The notes under the pieces were generated by a model, which saw nothing but the letters and a program-made list of their open reading frames with translations, made no database searches and had not been told where the DNA came from. Below are positions 1 to 12,605 of a DNA stretch of 64,000 nucleotides, piece by piece. The first letter of the stretch is position 1. Every line of letters starts with the position of its first letter. Origin of the DNA: Chiloscyllium plagiosum. Lineage: Eukaryota. The stretch covers positions 80,511,846 through 80,575,845 of the forward strand of contig NC_057711.1 of NCBI RefSeq assembly GCF_004010195.1, written 5' to 3'. The position numbers were made by a program, and so were the translations under genes.

Positions 1-70
1 GGAGAGGATGTTTCCCCTTGTGTAAGTATCTAGGACCAGTGGACATAATTTCTGAGTAAGATTTAAGACT
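1..70 (+). mobile_element. CR1-type LINE 3' ORF2 fragment
   Basis: gagaggatgtttcccctt...tctaggacca matches the ORF2 C-terminal region seen in other CR1 copies in this window. Confidence 0.55.
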
Positions 71-2120
71 ATCAATTACAGTTTACTTTCAGATTGAGGA
101 TAAATAGGAGAAATATTTACATATTGCATGTTACATACTAAAAGGCCAGTTGGAAATTTTACACAAAGCATCAAATTAAGAACAAAGTAAATAAAGTGCA
201 CAGCCAGGCAATGCCAATGCATCGCTATCTGATATGGGAGCTGGTGGACTGCAATGTGGTTCATAGTGACCACATCTATAGCAAGTTTGGTTGCTTGAAG
301 AATTCTGGCTCAGAGTTGATGAGCCAGAATCTGGAATGCTGTGACACATCAGGGAGGGAGAGAGTTTCAGGAGGCAGTAACACCGCTTAGATTAACTAAC
401 TGGAATTCAGTCAGTGGTCATGGACAGGAGGCTGTGACTACAAGTGAGGCAATTGGAGGGATCCAGGAAGTAGTATTGAAGAAGCCTCAACCCTTGAACT
501 TGACCAACAGGTTTGAGATTCTTGCTCCCTATGTCGATGAGAGGGGTGGCAGTAAGGAGATTGAGTAGATTGATCATAGCAGCATGGTACAGAGAGCCAT
601 TCAGGAAGGGGGAAAAGAGTAATGGAGTTGCAATCAGGGTTAGTATAGTCAGGGGAATAGACACTGTTCTCTTTGACCAGGATTGAGAGTCCCAAATGCT
701 ATGTTGCCTGCCTGGTGCCCAGATTCAGGATATTTCATCTGGGCTACAGAGGAATGTGCAGTGGGAGGGGAAAGATCCATTTGTCCTGATTCATGCAGGT
801 ACCAATAATATAGGTAGAAAGAGGAAAGAGGTCCTGCTGAGAGAATATGAACAGCTAGGGATTAAATTAAAAAGCAGAAACAAAACTGAAATAATCTCTA
901 GATTACTACCTGACCATAAACTAATTGGCACAGGATGAAGGAGATTAAAGAGGTAAAAGTGTGCCTCCAGGATTGGTGTGGGAGAAACAGGTTCAAATTC
1001 ATGGGACACAGGCACCAGTACTGGGGAAGGATGAAGCTGTTCTAATGCGCTGAGTTCTACCTGAATCATGCTGGGACCAGAGGTCTGGCGACTCGCATAA
1101 TGTGGGATGTTGGTAGGAATTTTAACTAAATACTATGATGGATGGGCTCAAATGCATGGAAAATTATGGAAAAAGTTAAAGGGGGGGGGCTCATCAGACA
1201 TAATTAAAGTTTCCAGGACAGGTAATTGGGCATAGATCATGGAAAGGGTCAGTAATCTAACTTTAGGCACAGCAGATAAGGGACAACTATGAGAGGGTGG
1301 GGGTACAACCAACACAGGACTGAGGTGCTGTACTTAAACGCATGCAATACACAAAACAAGTTAAATGAGCTTGTAGCGTGGATTGAAATTGGCAAGTGCG
1401 ATGTTGAGGGTATCACAGAGACATAGAGGCAAGGGGTTCTAAGGGTATGCATTCTATTGAAAGGACAGGCAGATAGGCAGAGGGCATGGGGTTGCCTTGT
1501 TAGTAAGAAATGAAATTAAATCAATAGCAAGAAATGATATAGAGTCGGAAAGCTTGAATCTGTGTGTGCAGAGTTTAGGAACTACAAAAGAGAAAGAACC
1601 CTTCCTTTGGGAGTTATAGGAGTTATATATAGTCCTCTTAGTAATAGTCAGGATCTGGGACAGAAAATAAATCAGGGGTTTGCAAATGAACGTAAGAAAG
1701 ACACTATTACAATAATCATAGGGGACTTCAAGATGCAGGTGGAGTGGGAAAGTAAGGTTAGTGGCAGATCCAAGAAAAGTTAGGGGAAGGATATTATTAA
1801 GCTGGAGAAAGTTCAGAAGAAGTTTACCAGGATGTTGTCAGGCATGGAAGCTTTGAGTTATAAAGAAAGGCTGGAACCTTTTTCACTGGAATGCAGGAGG
1901 TTGAGAGTAGTTTATAAAATAATAAGGGGTATAGACAGAGTTAATGGTAGTTGGCTTTTCCTGAGGATGGGAATTTCAAGTCGAGGGGGCACATTTTAAG
2001 GTGACAGTAGAGAGATTTAAAAGGACATGAGGGGCAAATGTTTTACACAAAGATGGTTTGTGTGTGGAATGAACTTCCTGAAGAATTGGTCAATGTGGAT
2101 ACAGCTACAACATTTAAAAG

Positions 2121-3531
2121 TGTAGGATTTTGGTTTGCACTCAGTAATTTGCTGATTTTAAGTGGTTTGAATCACCCCATGATCCCTGGTTCTAGACACT
2201 GGACTTATTTAGGGAATGTGAAATGAAGGAGGCAGTAGACAGGTGTTTCAGGGCAAACAAATCTCTTCATTTATTTACAATGCAACAGGTAAGTATAATA
2301 CAAAAAATAAAGGTAATGCAATTAGCAGTGACATTAACAGTCAATTACACAGAGAACAGTAATACTACTAAATATGCTATTAGCTAGGTTAAACACAATG
2401 AGAACTTTAAACAAGGGTTTTAAATTGAATCAGGCTTCCTACCGTTGGGGTTCCTTGCCACTGTCATTATCTGCTTTCACTCCCTGCTAGCTAGGTTGCA
2501 AATTTAGGGGTCTCATGAGTTCAAGATGACCACTGAGGAAACCATGATTTTGAAATATGCCTAGCTGTTCCTGCTTGCCATACCCAGTGCCTAGATGAAG
2601 ACTTTGGACTGCATAGTCCTTCATTTTAGGTTGAGTCCCCTGATGGGTAAGATACATAATGGATCTATCAAGTGAGCACTTGGTTTTCCTTACTTTCTAG
2701 TGTTTTTTGTGGGCCCAGTTTTCACCTCAGGATGTGTCAGAGGTCTTGTGGTATCAGTCAAGTTGGTAGCTTTTTGAGGTTTGTCAGTTTTTGGTCTGCT
2801 AGGCATGGTCGGTTGCTTTTGGTTCCCCTGGTTTCGAACAGGCTATGTCAGTATTGTTGTTGGGTTTCCCCTTTTGGATGTAGCTCTTAGAAATAACTGC
2901 TGAAATTAGCTGTTGGCTCCTCAGAATGTTTCTGTGGAGAACTCTTTGGAACACTTCCAGGGATCACCACCTTTAGAATGCTGTCTGGGTAACCTCCTTG
3001 AAACCACTTCTGGGGAATAGCTGAGAGGATCTTTCAGGTGAGATTGCGGCCTGAAATTAGACTGAATGTGGACCCCTTATCTTAGCGCCATATCTGTGCT
3101 TGTCATTGTGTTTCTGGTGTTCCCTTTTGAAGTCAATTGGTTTCCCTGTAGTTGAGAATGGATTGTGTGACTGTATTTTGATTAAAGTTGAATGTTCGTT
3201 TTCTCTGTAGGCCCCATACAGTATGTGTTGAGTAACACGAGGTGTAAAAGTTAGTTTCAGTCGAGGCTGTTAGGTTTTGTTGATTGTTCTCTTAGAGTGG
3301 AGGTGTAAATTTGAATTCCAGGTTGAACAATAGAAGGGCTTATGCCCGAAACATCGATTCTCCTGCTCCTCAGATGCTGCCTGACCTGCTGAGTTTTTCC
3401 AGCACCACACTCTCAACTCTGAGCACAGGCCCAGACTGAAATAATTCTAGCTCTATTTGTGTTTGTTGCAGCCTGAGCTCATGGTCTTGTCCAGAATTTG
3501 TAAATAATAAAGATTTTTGCTCAATCCAACA
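2121..3531 (-). mobile_element. Solo LTR (~1.4 kb), Gypsy-like
   Basis: Ends TGTAGGAT...ATCCAACA (imperfect terminal inverted repeat, TG...CA); 4-bp TSD aaag at 2117-2120 and 3532-3535; cleanly splits a CR1 sequence; strand inferred from minus-strand AATAAA near 2270. Confidence 0.75.
3332..3421 (+). mobile_element. Penelope-like terminal fragment inside the solo LTR (truncated hammerhead)
   Basis: gaagggcttatgcccgaaacatcgattctcctgctcctcagatgctgcc matches PLE ends at 4385 and 46160; CTGAT part of the core is missing. Confidence 0.7.
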
Positions 3532-3616
3532 AAAGATATTTGGATAAGTACATGACTAGTAAAGATTTGGAGGGATATGGGCCAGGACGAGGCAAGTGGG
3601 ATTATGTTTGGTATGG

Positions 3617-4488
3617 GTTTAGATTAGAGTGGTGCTGGAAAAGCACAGCAGTTCAGGCAGCATCCAAGGAACAGGAAAATTGAAGTTTTGAGCAAAAACC
3701 CTTCATCAGGAATGGAGGGAGGAAACTGGTGAAATCGACTTTGATTTCATATGGTTGGAGGGTCCCAAGGTAGAAGATGAGGTGTTCTTCCTCCAGTCGT
3801 CGCGTGGCTAGGATTTGGCAGTGGAGGAGGCCTAGGGCTTGCATGTCCTAGGCAGAGTGGGAGGGGAGTTCAGCCACAGAGCAGTGGGGTTGTTTAGTCT
3901 ATGTGTCCCAGAGATGTTCTCTGAAATATTCGACAAATTGGCATCCTGTCACCCCAATATAGAGGAGACCACATTGAGATCATCATACACAGTAGATGAG
4001 GTACTTGTAGGTGCAAGAAAATCTCTGCCGTATGTGGAAGGATCCTTTGAGGCTTTGGATGGAGGTGAAGGGGGAAGTATGGGCACAAGTTTTACACCTC
4101 TTGCAGTGGCAAGGGAAGGTGCCAGGAGTGTAGGGTGGGTTGGTGGGGGGCGTGGAACAAATAGGAGAGTCGAATTCAACCCTCCAACTCGGCACCGTCC
4201 TCTTGAACTGTCCTGTCTATCTTCCTTCTCATCTATCCACTCCACACTCCACTCTGACCTATCACCACCATCCCCACCCCCATTCACCTGTTGTACTCTT
4301 TGCTCCCTTCTCCCCAAACTCCCCGCCCCACCCCACCCCATCCCCCACTTATCTCTCCAACCAGAAGGCTCCCTGCCTTCATTTCTGATGAAGGGCTTTT
4401 GCCCAAAATGTCAATTTTCCTGCTCCTTGGATGCTGCACCACTCTAATCTAAACTCTGGTTTCCAGCATCTGCAGTCTCACTTCTGCC
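3617..4488. mobile_element. Penelope-like element, 5'-truncated with inverted terminal structure
   Basis: Minus-strand GIY-YIG remnants (PGTFPCHCKRCKTC...LIYCV; RRLEEEHLIFYLGTLQP); orientation flips near 4172; inverted ends; 15-bp TSD ttatgtttgg(t/c)atgg at 3602-3616 and 4489-4503. Confidence 0.85.
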
Positions 4489-6679
4489 TTATGTTTGGCA
4501 TGGCCTGGTTGGACAGAAGGCCGTTTCCATGCTGTGTTACTTTGATTCGATGACTCTAAAAGGAATTTGTGAAATGTCTATGAAATGGGTTTTTTGGTGC
4601 AATTTGTGGTAGAGCCTATTAAGGAACAGACAGTTCTAGATTTTGTGATATGCAAAGAGGCAAACTTGATTAAGCTTAAGATGAAGGAACCCCTAGGAAG
4701 CAGAGACTATAATATCATAGAGTTCACGCTGTAGATTGAGACAAGGAAGTTTGAATAAGATGCAAAGTATTACAACTGAGTAAAGTAACTACAAAGACAT
4801 GAGGGAAGAACTGGCAGAGCTGATTGCAAGGAGACCCTAGCAGGGAAGACAGTAGAGCAGCAACTGCAGGTGTTTCTGGGTTAATTCATGAGGGACAGCA
4901 GAAATTCATTCCAAAGAAGAAGATACATACTAAGGAGAAGTGGAGGAGATCATGGCTTACAAGGAACATCAAGGACAGTGTAAACACCAAGGAGAAGGCA
5001 TACAATGCAGTGAAGATTAGTGGGAAGCCAAAGGATTGGGAAGCCTTTGAAATCCAGCAAAGGATAAGTAACAAAGCAATAAAGGAGAAGATGAAATATG
5101 AGGTTAAGTTAACCAGCAAATAAAAGAAGATTGCAAGAGATTTTTTAGGGGTAAGAGAGAGACAAGATTGACCTTTGGAAATAAGGTTGGAGAAATGGTA
5201 ATGGGGAACAGGGAAATGGCAAAGGAACTGAAAAGTAATTTGCATCAATCTTCACAGTGGAAGATACCAGCAGCATACCAGAATTTCAGGAGAGTCAGGG
5301 GGTGAAGGCGAGTGTAGTGCCATTACTAATGAGAAGCTGGAGAAGGTGAAAAGGTCTGAACATGGATAAATCATCAGCACCAGATGGACTGTACCCCAGT
5401 TCTGGCAGAAGACAGAGAGTCGGATAAAGGGATATTTTTCAGGATGGCAGGTGCTTTCACAGGTGTTCGTGCTGGGACCACAACTATTCACATTATACAT
5501 TACCGGTCTGGACTAAGGAACTGAAGACATGTTGCTAAGTTTGCAAATGACACAAAGATAGGTGGAGGGACAGGTAGTGTTGAGGAAGCAGGGAAGCTGC
5601 AGAAGGACTTGGACAGGCCAAGCCAGTTGGCAAAGAAGTGGCAGATAGAATGCAATGTGGAAAAGTGTGAGGTTATACAGTTTGGTAGTTAGAATGATTG
5701 TGAAGGCATTGTGGTGATCTTTCAGGAATCAGTGGAGTCAAGGAAGGTCTAAGAGGACTTAAAATGGCTAACATAAAATCTCTGTTTAAGAAGGGATGGA
5801 GGCAGAAGACAGGAAACTATAGGATGGTTAGCCTGACCTCAGCCGTTGGTTAGATTTTTGAGTCCATTATTAAGGATGAGATTGGGGACTGCTTGAAATG
5901 CATGGTATAATAGGGCTGAGTCAGCATGGCTTTGTCAAGGGGAAGTTATGTCTGACAAATCTGTTAAAATTCCTTGAGCAGGTAACAAGCAGGTTAGACA
6001 AAACAGAGCCAGTGGATATAATCTATTTGGATTCCAGAAGACCTTTGACAAGCTGCTGCATAGGAGGCTGCTAAATAAAAAAAAGTGTCCCAGGTAGTGG
6101 CATGGATTGAAGATTGGCTGAGTGGCAGAAGACAGAGAGTCGGATAAAGGGATATTTTTCAGGATGGCAGGTGTTTCACAAGTGTTCGTGCTGGGACCAC
6201 AACTATTCACATTATACATTACCGGTCTGGACTAAGGAACCGAAGGCATGTTGCTAAGTTTGCAAATGACACAAAGATAGGTGGAGGGACAGGTAGTATT
6301 GAGGAAGCAGGGAAGCTGCAGAAGGACTTGGACAGGAAAAGCCAGTTGGCAAAGAGGTAGCAGATAAAATGCAACGTGGATATGTCTCTTTTCCTACAAT
6401 TTGGTAGGAAAAGAGACATAGACTATTTTCTAAATGGGGAAGGCTTTGGAAATCTGAAGCACAACAGGACTTAAGAGTCCTAGTTCAGGTTTCTATTAAG
6501 GTTAACATGCAAGTTCAGTTTGTAGTTAGGAAGGTAAACACGATGTTAGCATTCATTTGAAGATAGCTAGAATACATGACCAGGGATGTACTGCTGAGGC
6601 TGTATGAGAGTCTGGTCAGACCAGGTATAGAATATTGTGAGCAGTTTGGGGTCCTGTAATTAAAGAGGGATGTGCTGGT

Positions 6680-6732
6680 TAGATTAGATTAGATTACTTA
6701 CAGTGTGGAAACAGGCCCTTCGGCCCAACAAG
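6680..6732 (-). mobile_element. HE1-type SINE / HER1 3' tail fragment
   Basis: (agatt)n-acagtgtggaaacaggcccttcggcccaacaag, same as the SINE tails at 16432 and 51725. Confidence 0.7.
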
Positions 6733-7240
6733 TATTGGAGGGAGTTCAGAGGAGGTTTATAAGAATTATCCTGGAGATCAAGGACTTTTCATATGAGGAG
6801 TAGTTGTGGACTCTGGGTCTGTACACAATGGAATTTAGAAAGATGAGGGGAAACTGGATTGAAATGTGCAGAGTATTGAGGTGCCTGGAAAGAGTGGCCG
6901 TGGAGAAGATGTTTCTACTGGCAGGATAGATTAGAACCTGAGGGCACAGTGTCAGAGTGAAGGAGTGACTCTTTACAACTAAGATAAGAAGAAATTTCTT
7001 CTGCCATAGGGTGCTGAATCTGGTGAACTCATTGCTGCAGAGGGCTATGGAGGCTGAGTAATTGAGTGTACTTAAGACATGGATAGATAGGTTCTTGATT
7101 AGTAAGGGGATTAAGGGTCACGGGGAGAAGGCAGGAGAATGATTTTGATAAACACATCTGCCATGATCAAATAGTGGAGCAGACTCCATGGGACGAACAG
7201 CCTAATTCTGCTCCTCTAGGTTATGATCTATGGTCTTATA

Positions 7241-8060
7241 GACAGAGACGAGGAGGCATTTCTTCTTTCAAACGATAGTGAATCTGTAGAATTCTTAACT
7301 GCAGAGCTCTCTCGAGTTTGGATCATTACGTGTATTCAGGGTTGAGGTAGAGAATTTTCTAATAATTGGGGGCATCAAGGATTATGGGATAAGGTAGGAA
7401 AATGGAGTTGAGGGTTTATTAGTTCAGCCATGACTTTGGTTAGGCATCTTTTGGAATACTGCATTCAATTCTGGTCTCCCAGCTATGGGAAAGATGTTGT
7501 GAAACTGAAAAGGTTCAGAAATGAGTTACTTGGATGTTGCCAGGGTTGGCAGGTTTGAGTTATAGGGAGATACTGAATAGGCTGGGGCTATTTTCCCTGG
7601 AGCACCATAGGCTGAGGGGTGACTTTACAGAGGTTTATAAAATCATGAGGGGCATGGATAGGGTGAACAGTCAATGACTTTTCTCCAGGGTAGGACTGTC
7701 CAAAACTACAGGGTATAGGTTTAAGTTGAGAGATGAAGGACTTAAAAGGGACCTAAGGGACAACATTTTCATTCAGAGACTGGTGCGTGTATGAAATGAA
7801 CTGCCAGAGGAAGTAGTGAAAGCTGGTATAATTACAACCCTTAAAGGGCATGTAAATGGGTATGTGAATAGGAAATGTGTAGAGGGATATGGGCCAAATG
7901 CTGTCAAATGGACTAGATTAATTTAGGATATCTGGTTAGTATGGACAAGTTGAACTGAAGGGTCTGTTTCTGTGCCATACATCTCTGTGACTCATTGAAT
8001 CGCACAATGGATTCAAAGGGCCAAATAACCTATTGCTTCTCCCACGTCTTATGGTTTTAG
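7241..8060 (+). mobile_element. CR1 3' fragment with a nested HER1 3' fragment (~7435-7992)
   Basis: CR1 3' UTR ...gccatgact|cattgaat... is interrupted by a HER1 piece containing LGLFSLE. Confidence 0.75.
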
Positions 8061-10064
8061 CTTGACTGAGAATCAGAATTGCATTGCTACATGGATATTA
8101 CTGGTGTGCTAGGTTACCTTAAATATTTTTATTAAACTTACACAGGAGAAGTAGAGCCTTCACTTGCATTATAGCATGCTGGTAATCATAGGCGAGCTGC
8201 ATAGTGAGACAGTGGAGGTCTTTCCTGTCAACATAACTGTAATCATTGATCAAGGAAAACATATAATCACTTGGGCAGAGCCTCTGACTCTAAAGACCTT
8301 GAGGAATCCTTCCACTCTGTAAAAGTTACAGTGTCCTGTCAGGCTGCTGCTGGTTGCCCACAGGGGAGTGTATTAAATTGCTAGCTCTAGAGAACAATAT
8401 ATCTCTGACTTGCTTAATGCATTTGTGCACAGCTGTTTGACTAATGCTACAGATATCTCTAGTGACAGGCTAGAATGACCCTGTAGTATAGCAATGAAGA
8501 TCTGTGTTGTCCTTAACAGACACTGCAGCGTGTCCCTGTAAGGGACATGGATGGTACTTCTGCTGTAAATGTGTCTTAACTCAAACAACTGAATCTCCAA
8601 TGTACACTAATGTTTGGACAAGTAAGGGCAGGAGTGTTTCTTCCTATCTGTTCTGATGACAATAAGGTAGTCAAGAAGACCTTGGAAGGTTTTCTTGGAA
8701 ATTAATGGTGTGTAGGGATCTGAGGAAAAGGCAGGAGATTGGCTCTTGAGAACAGAGCTGGACCTGACAATAGAACCAGTGCAGGCACGATGGGCCAAGT
8801 GGCTTCCTCCTACTTTGAAACAATTCAGTGATTCTGTGGAAGGTAACGGTGAGTATGTGCCATATGCTCCGGTGCAGCATTCCAGTGTCGCATTCCTCTT
8901 TTTCTCACCTTCTTCCAAGAAACTAAAGTAGCCAGATACTCCCATCGGAAAGATATTGTTCCCTATCAGAAATTGGAGGCGGTATGGAAGGAAAATTAAT
9001 GATCCTCACTGAAGGGTAAAATGGTATAAAATAAAGTAACTGGACCTATAACTTCAGAATATTTGAAAGGAATGCAGGTTATTGATCAAGTGATTTTAGA
9101 TAGATTTGTAAACAGGAAGTTGCCAGGAACCTTTCTATCAATTTGTATTGTAGGTATTTCTTGCATCTTACTTTTCCTTTCAATAAAGCAAAAATTTTAT
9201 TCCTTGATACTTGCTGACTATGTTAAATGTGGCTTTCTAAAGTTTACAATCAACAGAACAAAGATTCATCACTTGGCATATGAATCAAGCATGCATACTT
9301 GCCTCCTTATCCTCTCCTATTTCTGAATGGAACAGTTAGTTTGGTTAATTTGAGTTGCTAAATATTAGAAGTATAATTTGTAGTACTGAGCAATATTTTG
9401 GCACAGCAGTTATGAAACAAAGAAAATAAAGTGTTTTGTTCTGCTTGTTTACTATGCTGAGTTAATACTACAGTATAGAAAGGGTTAAACCTCTTTACGT
9501 GATAAAATGACAAAACAAACATACATGAAATTATTTGTGATGAAAAGTGCTTTTGCATAAATGCATTTGTGATTTAAAATTAGTTTTTTATTGCTTTTAA
9601 CAAATGGTCTAGGAAATAGAATGAAGGCATTGCCATAGCAACGTCATCACATGTCACTCATCTTTAATCTTAGCAAATCAATATGTCCCAAGTTTCATTC
9701 TGTGCAGTATTAGACAATTTCAGTTAGGAAAACTGGTCCTTAATGCCCTTGAAATAATATCAGCAAGGATATCCATTCTTGAAATCTATGCATTGACCCT
9801 TACTCTTAATATGATGATTTCAGGTGAGGACACAATTAGGGTCAGTCGGGATAGTTAAGAAGACTCTTTGCACTCATTGGGAGGATTGTGATGCCCTGTG
9901 GTGAGTTCAGAGGTAGGGTGCATTTAATCATATGGGACACTAACGGGTAGAGAGTGTTCCACCTTCTTACCTCCACCCAATGACATTTGCATAGGAAAGC
10001 AAGTGGGGCATCTGTTGCCGATTGAGACATTTAATTGGACAATTAATGCCCACGTAAGTGCATC

Positions 10065-11008
10065 CATCCTCAACGTTGGGGGCGCACAAGGATGTGTACT
10101 CAGCCCTCTACTGTACTCCCTGTACACTTATGACTATGCAACTAATTTCATTTGAATTCCATCTACAAGTTTGCTGATGACACCACCATTGTAGACTGGA
10201 CATCAAACAATGACTAAACAGAAATGAGATAGAATGCCTAATGATGTGATGCAAAGATAACAATCTCTTCCTCAATGTCAGAAAATCTAAAAAGCTGATC
10301 ATCGACTTCAGGAAGCAAGGAGGAGGACATGCCCCTATCTACGTCAGTGGAGTGGAGGTGGACATGGTCGAGAGTATCAAGTTTATCTGATTGATGATCA
10401 CCAACGATCTGTCCTGCACCAGCCACATTGATGCGACAGTTAAGAAGGTACAAAAATTCTTCTTCTTCCTCAGGAAACTAAGGAAATTCGGCATGTCCTC
10501 ACCAATGCATCATAGAATGCATACTATCAAGTTGGCTTGGTACAGCAACTGCTCTGTCCAGGACCGTAAGAAACTACAGAGAGTTGTGAACACAGCCCAG
10601 ACCATAACTCCAAGCCAACCTTCCCTCCACTGACTCCATCCACACTTCTCATTGCTGTGGAAAGGTAGCCAGCATCATCATAGACCCTCTCCCACCCCTG
10701 GTTGTAATCTCTTCCAACCTCTTCCATCAGGCAGAAGACACGAAAGCTTAAACATATGTACCAACAAGTACAAGAACAGTTTCTTCCCTGTTATTATTAG
10801 ACCGCTGAATGGACCTGTCAAATTTCAAATCTAATATTAATCTTGCTTTTTGTACACATGCTCTGCAGCCGTAACTTTGTATTCCTCAATCTGTTCCTCA
10901 CCATACGATCTTTGCATGTTTGTATGTTATGATCTGCTGTACTGCACACAAAACAAAACTTTTCATTGTAATTACGTACATATGACAATAATAAATCAAA
11001 TCAAATCA
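10065..11008 (+). mobile_element. Rex1/Babar-type non-LTR retrotransposon 3' portion
   Basis: GAQGCVLSPLLYSLYT, KFADDTTIV, FFLRKLRKFG, DRKKLQRVV and PLPSGRR motifs; ends aataataa(atcaa)n. Confidence 0.75.
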
Positions 11009-11774
11009 TTCTCCACTTGCACTGGTATTAACCCAACTGGGGGCAAGGTTCACCATTATAGCAGGAGAATGGGGTTGAGAAACCTATCAGCCATGATTGA
11101 ATGGTAGCCCAGAGCTGATGGGCTGAATGGCCTAGTTTCTGCTCCTCTGTCCTATGGTCTCATAACAGGAGCACAGCAAGTAAAGCCATGCAGAGTTGCC
11201 TGTAAACTGGGGTTGGGGGTAGTCCCTTATTCAAAGATACTCAATATCTCATTGAAGCTTTCAGTATTGGGAAGGAGGGACCACTGAGAACTTTACCCTG
11301 AAAAACCCAACGAAGACCTTGCTGCCACCTACATTCATTTTGGCCTGGAATCCAGTGGCTGGAACTAGATACTGCGTGGGCAATATATCAGCCATTGCCT
11401 CACTGGTGGTGGTGTCATTCAATGAAACTAACAGCCTCTGATCAGCTGGTAGCTCTCGGAAGGTGGACTTTTACTCCCAATATCCTTGATCCCTGAGAGG
11501 ACTTGCCATTGTCCAATTATGTGCCCGAGAGGCATTTAATTCAATATCTCTTCCCTGAAGTAGTGATAAGAGGCTCCTGCTGGCTAGACCCTGTTGCCTT
11601 TATTAAATACCCCTCAGTTTCTGCACTTATGCATAAAGAATACCTCATTTTATGAGTTGCCAAAGCATTGTCAAAGCCTGTGGAATAGTATGGCAAAATG
11701 AATCAGGAAGTGGGAACAAAGTTGGAGAAAGAAAGTTATGGTATGTTTTCATTTGTATAATTTATTCAACTGTT

Positions 11775-12100
11775 AGTTATAGCATAGAAACAGGCCCTTC
11801 GGTCCAACTAATCCACACTGACCATATTCTCACACTGCCTGTGTTTGGTCTATCTTCCTCCAAATATTTCCTATGCATGTACTTATCCAAATGTCTTTTA
11901 AATGTTGTAATTGTACCTGCATCAACCACTTCCTCTGGCAGTTCATTCCACACACTAGCTACTTTCTGTGTAAAAATCCTCTCATATCCTTTTTAAATCT
12001 TTCTCCTCCCACCTTAAAAGTATGTCCCTTAGTTTTGAATTCCCCCACCTCAGGGAAAAGGTCTTTGCTATTCACCTTATCTATGCCCCTGTTAATATTT
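11775..12100 (-). mobile_element. HER1/CR1 3' fragment
   Basis: RGIDKVNSKDLFPEVGEFKTKGHTFKVGGERFK on the minus strand. Confidence 0.8.
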
Positions 12101-12379
12101 GAGACTTGGAGCAAAAAATTGACACTGACACTGAAAGTGGACACAGGGATCACATTATGCAATTAACCTGCATCTGTTGCTTCCAAAGCAAGCAATACTC
12201 TAAAGCCTCACTGGCTGCTTATTGACATGGGACATGATTGTTATATGTAGCCAGCATGAACTGCAATGTTCACCAGCTGCACATCCTTGCAGGGTACCCC
12301 AGTCTGTGCAAGGCTAGCAAAATCAAAGCTATTTTGCATTACTTAAAAGGAGGTGTCTTCATGCTGTATCAAGTGTGGG

Positions 12380-12605
12380 AACTGTTTGTGGAAGAGAATC
12401 TGAGGAGGGAAAAGCAATTATTTTTTATTACGAAGCAAAGACACAGACATGCACTGGAAGCACTGGTGGAGTAGGTGCATCTATCCACAAGTGATCAGGA
12501 TTCCTCTGTGAGAGCAGTGGGACCAAATACCATGACACTCATTGTCAAGGTGCCTAACCTCAATAGAGGCATAGCGCTACAAAATATTCAATGACCAGTA
12601 AAGGT
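12380..12605 (+). mobile_element. Possible PIF/Harbinger Myb/SANT-like remnant
   Basis: HALEALVE*V followed by a KIFND-like segment resembles Harbinger Myb/SANT ORFs; highly decayed. Confidence 0.3.

Larger units (their letters stand above)
1780..4557 (+). mobile_element. HER1/CR1 3' fragment inserted in the endonuclease of the older CR1, itself interrupted by an LTR and a PLE
   Basis: LEKVQKKFTRML...VWNELPEE in 1780-2120, resuming at 3532-3616 and 4489-4557 with (tgactct) tail; flanked by aaaag (1775-1779 and 4558-4562). Confidence 0.8.
196..7240 (+). mobile_element. Near full-length degenerate CR1 LINE, split by nested insertions
   Basis: ORF1 esterase remnant (CCLPGAQIQDIS...LIHAGTNNIGR, 696-938). 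ORF2 endonuclease remnants (VLYLNA, GITET, GVIYSP, IIGDF; ~1310-1779) resume at ~4558. RT motifs (DFQKTFDK, KFANDTK) at 5700-6400. 3' UTR with (atggtctt) tail at ~7240. Many stops and frameshifts. Confidence 0.85.

Noticed and set aside
3839..4447. 202-aa ORF
   Set aside because: Antisense and inverted read-through of a Penelope remnant
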